This document shows positions 44,856 to 55,100 of a DNA stretch of 62,000 nt, one piece after another. How positions within the stretch are numbered: the stretch's first letter is position 1; each line of letters begins with the position of its first letter. A model generated the notes under the pieces. It saw only the letters and a program-made list of their open reading frames with translations. It made no database searches and had not been told where the DNA came from. The DNA comes from Chiloscyllium plagiosum (taxonomy: Eukaryota). A program made the position numbers and the translations under genes. The DNA lies in NCBI RefSeq assembly GCF_004010195.1, contig NC_057750.1, positions 5,364,438 to 5,426,437 on the forward strand, read 5' to 3'.

Positions 44856-46094
44856 CATGTGCCTCTTCTCCTCGCCCTCCTCTGCTGAGTTCATGGAATC
44901 TATTGTTATCCATTACAGCTCAAATTAACATACAAAAATCCCAAAGTAATTTTAACATTTGACTCCCTAATACTGCCTCCAACTTTTGTGAATGATGTGA
45001 TCCTACAGTGAGTTTCATTTGGCCAGAGACTGCATTCCAACAAGTTACTTAATCCACTTCGTGCAATCCAATATGCTGCAACTTAATCTTCCCAATTTTG
45101 ACTGTTTCTTCTATGAGATACTGCTGGAGGCAGAACCCAGTGAAAGAGAACCATCTTCCATAGAGTTGTTCTCTCATTACAGAGGTGAAAGGACAAGTTG
45201 AGGAGAATCCTTTGTGGTAACCCAAGCTGGTGCAAGAATTAAACCCATGCTGTTAGCATCACTCTGTATTGCTATCCAGCCAACTTAGCTAACTAATACT
45301 TTCCAGCCCCCTGCTACTCTCGTTTACTGAGTTACCAAAACTAAAACGTCACTTCTTCCAGAGAAAAGAAACCCATTTAGTTTTCATGCAACTTCAAGTT
45401 CAGAAGTTTGCTTATGAGTCAACCTTGGGAATCTTCCAAACAGACACGCACGAAAAAGCTTTGATTCTATCAGGGATGGGACGGCAACTGCAACAAAGGA
45501 GCCAAGTAAGTGTCTTTTTAAAAAAGAAACTCATGTTGGAGCCTCTTATTTCTAATTAAGAATGTCACTATGGAGCCTCTGGCTATGGGTTAACAAGACC
45601 TCCAGGCAAAAGGGTGATTGCAGTGTGGAGAGCCAGCAGAGCTACAAACTTTAAAAAACAGTGATGGTCCCTTTGCTCTACATCCCCCCACCACTAACCA
45701 TACTCCAGTCCTCAGCACCAAACCCCACCAGCGATATTCAGGTTTAACATCCTCCTGAATTTTGCCAAGCGTATCCCTCCTTGCCAGATTACACTGCGTT
45801 CACCCTATGTTTCCCAGCTTCAGGACCTACTGTATGTCTCACATGACTGGTATTTTTACATTGGGTTCCCCTTTGACTTACATGAGTGGCAATCAGTTCT
45901 ATACAAACCAAAAATCTGTATTTGTAGACACCAGGTTATAAAAACTACTCCTAGATATTGGCTCAATACATGACTACAAGACAGTGAAAATGACTATATG
46001 ATGGTGCTCCTTTGCAGTAGTAGAGTTGAACCACTTTAATGCTTCAACTGTAATGTTTAAATACAGCAGGACATCAGAATTTTCTGATCTTCTA

Positions 46095-46130
46095 TTAACA
46101 TCCATGCACCACAAAGTCATCATACTCGCC
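46095..46130 (-). CDS. NFKBIB: IkB-beta-like terminal coding exon
   Basis: Strong acceptor ttctctttttgttttgtag; [11 protein letters not shown] (TAA), phase 0, matching the IkB-beta EYDDIVVH motif. Confidence 0.87.
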   Translation of the reverse strand, partial: GEYDDFVVHGC

Positions 46131-49100
46131 CTACAAAACAAAAAGAGAATGAGGAAAAAACATTAATGAGATCAGAACATCTGTGAAAGGTTACTTCATT
46201 GAGTTGCAGTTAACATTCCAGAAACAGCGATTCGGTCCTTCAACTCTGCACTGACATTCTTCTACTATATACTACTTGGTCTAATCTCAGTCACTTTCTA
46301 ATTTTTACTATCCCTTGTTTATTCTAAAAATGAATTAACGCAGTTACTAATAATGAATGGATTTTCCATATATCACAGTGCATAGGAATACTTAATCAGC
46401 TTCTATACAAAAGAAAGACTTCCTGATCTCTTCATTCATTCTTTGTGATTTAACTTTCAATCTACTATGTCACTAACCCCTACAAATAATCTCATCACTT
46501 ACAAATCATCCCAATCTCAGAATACAACACAAAGAGTTCAAGGATTTCAGAGATATAACAAGCAGGATCACCAAATGACTGATCCATTTGGTGAGCTGTC
46601 TGCAGCCAGAGCAGTGCTTGAAAGAGCTGAAATGTCTGACAGAAGGATTAATAGCTAACCACTGCACAAGGTCCACAAACAAATAAGGTCATTTTTTTAA
46701 AAAAAATTGTCTGCATAGACTGTGAAGGCTGCACTTCTCAGGTGTGGCTTTGAAAAAACTGTAACATTTTTGGAAGGTGATTCTTTCACTGGGTTCCACT
46801 TCCAGCAGTACCTCAAAAGAAGGAGTTTTCTTCAAGTGTGAAACTGCCAACAGGTTTTGTTCGTTTACTCAAACTCAAGACCAAGCAAGTCATAGTCAGG
46901 TATCCTTACACTCTGGTTTTCCCCACCAGGTGATCAATGAATAGCAATTCTGGTAAAAAGCCTTTTGATTTTTATTACTGCCAGCTTAGGATTCACAGTG
47001 CAATTTGTAGATCCACACTCTAACCACCAAGTCAGAAATCCTCTCATCTCTCCCTCCTCACATCCTCATCATGTGCTGTCACAGTAGATCTGTGTTAAGA
47101 AGTGAATTAAGTACACTGTTCCCAGGTCAGAGAGCCAAAGAATGCCGCTGGTTCAATCCCGATTCCCTGAGTTGGATGATCTCAGGTAGAACGACTATAT
47201 AAAAGGTGCAATGAAGTAACTCTCCAGGCTCCTTCCACAGCTCCTAATAAACCTGCCATCTCCATCATCAGTAGAACAAGGGTAGCAGATGCAATGGATC
47301 ACCAAATCAAAGGTCCCTTCAAGAACACACTGTCTTAGAATTATATCACCCTTTGTTCACTGTCACAGGGGTGAAAATGTTGGAAAGCTTTCTTAACAGC
47401 AATGAAAGTGCACCTACACCACTTTGAATACATTGACTCAAAAGGCACATTCTCATGGGCAATTAGGAATGTGCAACAATATAGGGGAATGATGGTACAG
47501 CAGTAATCACTGGGCTGGTGATCCTCTGGAGACATGGGTTCAAATCCTGCAGATGGTGAAGTTTGAAAATCTGGAATAATGATCATTGTAAAAACCCATC
47601 TGGTTCACAAATGGTCACCAACGTCCCACTAATGACTTACCTGGTTTGGCTTACATGGGACAAGAGTCAACAATATTGCTCCGGATCTGCAGTCACTTGT
47701 AAGGATGGCAGTTTCCTTCCCTAAAGCGCATTCATGGACCAGATGCATTCTTCTGACAACCAACAATGGTTTCATGGTAATCATTAAATTCCAGATTTTT
47801 CTGAAACTGAATTCAAATTCCACCATCTGCAGGATTTCAACCTGGAGTGAACATTACCTCAGAATATTATCTGGGTCTCTGGATTAATAGTCTAGTGATA
47901 ATACCACTATGCCACCATCTCCTGAGCTGTTTAGCAGCAGTTAAAACACCCTTCTGTCTCAATATCATTGTACGATGGATCCCAAATACCCAGTTCTGTG
48001 CCCAACCTGTGCAGACTCAGCTTGCAACAACAACTGTCAAAAGCAAAAAAATGTCCCATGCAGGTAACTACAGTTTATTTCCATCGCATTCACAATGTAC
48101 ATGATAAATGGAGTGACTGCAGCTGAAATGCTGTGGGATGATGAGCTTGTGGGTGACTCAATGTTTAGTCTGTGGTGAAAGAGGATTTTACTTTAGAACT
48201 AACAGACAATCCAAAAATCAGAGACAGAACAAAGAAATAGAAAAATGCTGCACTCGTAGTTGTGCTTTGGAATTCTACTGTCCAAAAATAGTCAAGAATG
48301 AACTCTCTGGAATACATTTTAACCTTTTACCATCAGCAAATAAAGAAAGTTGTAGGAAGCATTCGGTTTCCAAGTATTCCAAACATTCCTCATCCGCTAG
48401 CTTATCCCCTCCACCAAGCTCATTCTACGGTACACTATTCTAAATTGATGTCAGCATCTAAAACAGCGGGAGGGAAATTTCCCAGAGTTACCGGTACCTA
48501 AAATCAAGAGATAGACGTGGAGCTGACACTAGATGAAACAGCATTAGAAAAACAGTGAACATCTATGACACTGAAACAAATTCAGAACCTGAAGAATGGT
48601 CACTTCACCCAAAGCTTTAACTCTGATTTCTCACCACAGATACTGCCAGATCTGCCAAGCTTTTCCAGCAATTTCTGTTTTTCTTTCTGATTAACAGCAT
48701 CTGCAGTTCTTCTGGTTTTTACCTTGAACCCTAAACCATTCCAGTCCCTTTATCTAAGGAAAATACGTACAGGCACTGAAGGAAGTCCAGAGAAGGTCCA
48801 CTACATTTATCCTGTGCCTGTGGGATTTTCATATGAGGAGAGTTGGGCCTATACTCATTGAAGTTTAGAGGAATGAAAGGAGATCTTTTTGAAACATATA
48901 CGATTCTGGAATGGCTTTACAAGGTCAATGCTGATAGATTGTTTCCTCGTGCAAAGAGTGTGGTGCTGGAAGAGCACAGCCGGTCAGGCAGCATCTAAGA
49001 AGCACGAAAATTTTTCAAAGAGAAAGCCCTTCACCATTCCTAACAATGTTGATTTTCCTGCGCCTCGGATGCTGCCTGACTGACTGTGTTTTTCCAGCAC

Positions 49101-52100
49101 CACAGTCTTGGCTCTAATCTCCAGCATCTGCAGTCCTCACTTTCACTTTGATTCCCCTTGTGGGAGAGTCTAGGACCAGGTGGCATTATCTTAGAGTAAG
49201 AGGCCATCCTTTTAAGACAGAGATGAGGAGGAACCTTTACTTTCAGGTGGTGGTGAATCTGTGAAATTCTTGACAACAGTGGGCTGCAAAAGCAGGGCTG
49301 TTGAGAGTATTCAAGGATAAGACAGATTTCTAATCAGTAAAAAAATCAGGAGTTCTGAGGAAAAGGTACAAAAGATTGGATGTGAGTTCAGTTACAGGCA
49401 GCAGTCTTTGATCAGCTCAAGTTTAGAGACAAATCATTTCCACTAGAAATTGAATCAGTAACCAGAGAACACAGATTTAACATAATTAGCAAAAGAATGA
49501 AAGGCTGAAGAAGTTTTTTTTAAAAAGAAGTTGCAAGTTATAATAAACTGGAATGAAATACCTGAAAGGGTGTTGCAAGCAGATACTATATAGAGTCATA
49601 GAGCTGTATAACACGGAAGCAGACCCTTTGGTACAACTTGCCAATGTTGACTAGATATTCTAAATTAATCTAGTCCCATCTGGCCCATTTCCCTCCAAAC
49701 CCTTCCTATTCATATACCCATCCAGATGCCTTTTAAATGTTGTCATTGTCCCAAACTCCAACACTTCCTCTGATGGCTCATTCCATACACGCACCACGCT
49801 CTATGTGAACAAGTTGCCCCTTAGGTCCCTTTTATACTTTTTCCCTCTCACCTTAAACCTATGCTCTTGAGTTTTGAACATCCCTCTCCTGGGGAAAGGA
49901 CCTTGACGATTCACCCTATCCATTACCTTCTATAAGATCACCCCTCAGCCTCCGGATCTCCAGGGAAAATAGCCCCAGCCTATTCAGCTTCTCCCTATAG
50001 CTCAAACCCTCCAAGCCCCGTAACATCGTAAATCTTTTCCGCATCCTTTCAAGTTTAACATCTTTCCTATAACAGGTAGACCAGAATTAAAACTTTCAAA
50101 GATAATTTTATATATAAAAGAGAAACAAAATGTGGGAGGGCTACAGAAATGAACAAGATGACAGAATCAATTAATTATATTTTTTCAAAGAGAAAGCACC
50201 AGATATGGGCCGAGTGGCCTCCTTCAGATATTCTATGGTGTATGTAGGCTGATAAACCAGAGTACACATAATTAACCCCTAAACTATTAGGTGAAGGAAA
50301 ATACAGCTCTATAACTGATGGAAAAAAAAGGTAGGATTACTGCCTCTGATCATTATTTGGTGAACACTGTTCAAAACTTTGCCGATGTCATAGGTAAATC
50401 CAGATTGGGCTTGACTTGCAATGTCCCTAACTGTAAGAGATTAGTGCAGCACAGTGTCTCAGTGTTTAGCACTGCTGCCTCACAGCGCCAGAGACCCGGG
50501 TTCGATTCCACCCTCGGGCCACTGTCTGTGTGGAGTTTGCGCAATCTCCCTGTGTCTGCATGAGTTTCTCTGGATTCTTCCCACAGTCCTAAGATGTGCA
50601 GGTTAGGGTGGATTGGCCATGCTAAATTGCCTGTAGTGTTCAGGGATGTGCAGGCTAGGTGCATTCGTCAGGGGTAAACGTGGGGTCATAGGGTAGGGGG
50701 AATGGGTCTGTGTGGATTACTCTTCGGGGGGTCGGTGTGGACTTGTTGGGCCGAAGGTCCTGTTTTCACACTGTATATGATGATTCTAATTGCTAAGCAC
50801 ACTGACATTGTCCAGCCTAGTCTCAAGTATGAAGAATGTGAACCACAGAACATGCTTTCAATTTGAGGTATAGAGAGAAAATAAATATTCCATCACTGGA
50901 ACGTACAATTTCACCAAAGTAAATTGATCTTTTTAAAAACAAATGAACCAATTTTTCTCATCAACCTGTTCAGAGATGTCATTACACAGCTCTGCTACAG
51001 GTGGGTCTCAAACCCTTATGTTCTGGTCCAGGGAGTTGGGACACTACACTCCTCCAATCCATTTTTGTTATATGCCTGAGAGACATAGACAACAAAGAGA
51101 CTATGGATACATTTGAAATGTGCTTTACAGAATATTCTGCACATCCTATACAGAATAAAGGATTCCCGACAAAATCTTTTAAAAATTTATTCAAGGATGA
51201 GGGCATGGCCAGCTAGGTCAGCAATTATTGCCCATTCCTAATTACCCAGAGGGTAGTTAAGTGAACCACAGTGCTAGATAGACCAGACCACAGCAGGGCA
51301 GTTTCCTTCCCTAAAGGACATTAGTGAACCAGATGTGTTTTCCCAACAATCGGCAATGGATTTATAGTCTTCATTAAACTCTTGGCTCGTTTTTTTATTG
51401 AATTCAAACTTCTCCATCTGCCGTGACAGGATTTAAACATGGGTCTCTGGATTTATAGTCCAGTGATAATATCATTAGGCTGTCATCTCCCATGTTGGAA
51501 ACGGTTGGAGAAAAATGAAATTGGTGCACAACATCAAAGAGAAGATACAATATTCTGGTAACATCATTAAAACAAACAATGCAAGTTGCCATAGCTTCAG
51601 AGGACTGTATGGCTTAAACGATAGGCATTGATAGATAGTGAAAGCAAAAAATCAATTGAAATGTATAGAGCAAGAAAGACAAGAGGAAATAAATGACATA
51701 TTAGCAAGTTTTGAGAAGATTTGTAGCTCAGGTTGAGGTTCTGGATGTAGGTTTGCTCGCTGAGCTGGAAGGTTCGTTTTCATAAAGACTACATTGAGAA
51801 AGCAAATGCATTACTTGCAGATACCAATAATGAAAACAAACCTTTCAGCTCAGCAAGCAAACCTACATCCATGGATGACATATGTATTGGACTGGCTTCA
51901 GTTAGCCAATGTGGAATGTCTAAGCGCAGCGCAGAACAAATGTGGAGATCTAGGGCAGACAAATTTCTGGGAAAAAGGGGAGACCAAGAAATGAACAAAA
52001 TTCAGTTTATAATAAGAAAATTCCTCCTTAATTGAAGTTGCACCCATCCTCTTATGTCACCACAGCCAAGCTACGTCCTGTAGCCACTCATACATCGAGT

Positions 52101-55100
52101 TTTAGACAAGGCCTCTTTTCATCAGCTTTACATACCATGCCATCTTCATCAATTTCTTCATTCTCCTCCGACTCCTCATCTGTATCCGGTTCTGAAGAGC
52201 CATAGTCTCTGAGCATCTGCGTTATGCTCCAATTAGGCCTGCACACAGCCAGACAAATTGGTGTATAGCCACTGTACATCTGAGCGTGAACGTCTGCGCA
52301 CCAGTCCAGCAAGAGTTTGACAATTTGCTGATTTTGTTCCTCTACTGCCAGATGTAAAGCAGTTCGGCCTGCTGACCTCTCCTAAAAGATTGAGATAAAA
52401 GGTTTCATAGACCCAACACAAATACAAGTGGGTAACCAGCTTCTTAGTTCCAAAGAGCTTCTCATTAATTCCCAGTGCATACAATTGCACACATACAAAA
52501 ATTTAGCAATTGCCACCCATGCATCATTGCTCAGAAACATTCTGAGGACCTTTATAATAACCAACAAGTAAACGATGAGAGACAGCAGCATGTCATTCGG
52601 AATGTTGTCGTGGATACAAAAATGGCAATAGTTTTGCACGCAGAAGATCCTGCAAAACTAATGGGTTTGAAATCCTTGAATGATCTTTTGGGTTGCAAAG
52701 AAAGTTGAATACTGGTGAGACCACAGCTGCTGACACTGTGTTCAGTACTGGCCTCCTTATTTAAGGAAAATTATAAGTATGTTGAAGGCAGTTCAACCAG
52801 GAACGTGGGAGGAAAGGGCTGAAGTTCAAAACCATAAGAGGTAACTTGATTGAAACATACAATATCCTGAGGGAACTTGAAAGGGTAGATATGGAGAGGA
52901 TCTTTCCTCTCATGGGAGAATCTAGAAATAGGAACCACGGTTTACAAATCAAGGGTCACCAATTTAAAACAGAGATCAGGTGAATGTTTTTCTCTCAGGA
53001 GATTGAGTCTTTGGAATTCTCTTCCTGTGAAAGTGGTGGAAGCAGAGTCCTTGAATATTTTTAAGGTAGAACTGGACAAATTCTTGGCAAACAAGAGGAT
53101 GTAAGCTTATCAGGGATAGATGGAAATGTGGAGTTGAATTTAAACTCAGATGTGAACTTACTGAATGGTGGAGCAGTTTGAGGGGCTGATTGATCTACTC
53201 TTTCTGAGTGATATGATCATATCTTTTGTTTTTAATTGGTATTCCTATGAGATGCAAGTGGTGCATCTGGGTGGAGAGATGGCTGGTGCACTAGGGTAAA
53301 ATCTGCTAAGGACAGGGAGCAAGGAGGAACGAGTTAAGAGGTCTCCAAGTATTTGCAAATGTGATGCCACGGTTTAAAAAAGGAGGTAGACAAAAGATGG
53401 GGCATTATAGACCAGTTAGCTTAACTTCTGTAGTGGGGAAAATGCTAGAGTCTATTGTCAAGGAAGAAATAGCAAGGCATCTAGATAAAAATTGTCCCTG
53501 TGAACAGACACAGCATAGGTCCATGAAGAGCAGGTCATGCTTAGCTAATCTTCTGCAATTCTACGAAGATATTACGAACACGGTGGACAATGGGAACCCA
53601 GTAGATTTGTATCTAGATTTCCAAAAGGCATTTCACAAGGTGCCGCACAAAAGGCTGCTGCATAAAGATGCAAGCCTTTACGGGCAATGTATTAGCATGG
53701 ATAGAGGATTGGTTAACCAACAAGAAGCAAAGAGTAGGAAGAAATGAGTGCTATTAGAACATAGAACAGTACAGCACAGAACAGGCCCTTCAGCCCACGA
53801 TGTTGCGCCGACTACTGATCCTCATGTATGCACTGTCAAATTTCTGTGACCATATGCATGTCCAGTAGTCTCTTAAATGTCCCCAAGGACCTTGCTTCCA
53901 CAACTGCTCCTGGCAACGCATTCCATGCTCTCACAACTCTCTGTGTAAAGAACCCGCCTCTGACATCACCTCTATACTTTCCTCCAACTGGCTTAAAACT
54001 ATGACCCCTCGTGTTAGTCATTTCTGCCCTGGGAAATAGTCTCTGGCTATCGACTCTATCTATGCCTCTCATTATTTTGTATACCTCAATTAGGTCCCCT
54101 CTCCTCCTCCTTTTCTCCAATGAAAAAAGTCCGAGGTGGCCATTTTAAGGGATCTATGTACCTGCACACCAAGATCCCTCTGTTCCTCCACACTGCCAAG
54201 AATCCTATCCTTAATCCTGTACTCAGCTTTCAAATTCGACCTTCGCATTTATCCAGGTTGAACTCCATCTGTCATCTCTCAGCTCATCTCTGCATCTTGT
54301 CAATGTCCCGCTGCAGCCTACAACAGCCCTCTATACTGTCAACGACACCTCCAACCTTTGTGTCGTCTGCAAACTTGCTGACCCATCCTTCAGTCCCCTC
54401 ATCCAAGTCATTAATAAAAATTACAAACAGTAGAGGCCCGAGGACAGAGCCCTTCTGTTTGGCCATCAGTAACTAGTGATGTGCCTCAGGGTTCACTGTT
54501 GGAACTGCAATTATTCACAATTTACGTGGATGATTTGGAGTTGGGGACCAGATGTAGTGCGTCAAAGTTTGCGGATGACATGAAGATGAGTGGTAGAGCA
54601 AAGTGTGCAGAACACTGTAAAAGTTTGCAAAGAGACATAGATAGTTTAAGTGAGTAGGCAAAAGTCTGGCAGACATTTATGTTAATAACTGTGAAGTCAT
54701 CCATTTCAGTTGGAATAACAGTAAAAGGGATTACTTGAATGGTAAGAAATTGCAGCACACTACTGTGCAGAGGGACCTGGATGTCATTGTGCTTGAATCA
54801 CAGAAGGTTAGTCTGCAGGTGCAATAGGTCATTAAGAAGGCAAATGGAATTTTGTCCTTTACTGCTGAAGAGATTGAGTTTAAAAGCAGGAAGGTTATGC
54901 TGCAGGTGTATAGGGTGCTGGTGAGGTCACACCTGGAGTACTGCATGCAGTTTTGATCTCCTTATTCGAGAAAGGATGTACAGACACTAGAAGGTGTGCA
55001 GAGGAATTTCACTAGGTTGGTTCCGGAGTCGAGGCAGTTGACTTATGAGGAGAGACTGAGTAGACTGGGATTATATTCCTTGGAATTTAGACGAATGGGG

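Noticed and set aside
48138..48443. Functional IGF/insulin-like gene
   Set aside because: Frameshifts separate the signal peptide from the mature domains, the first Cys is lost, the A domain has deletions and there are no introns
53361..53747. Host protein-coding ORF
   Set aside because: CR1 reverse-transcriptase fragment
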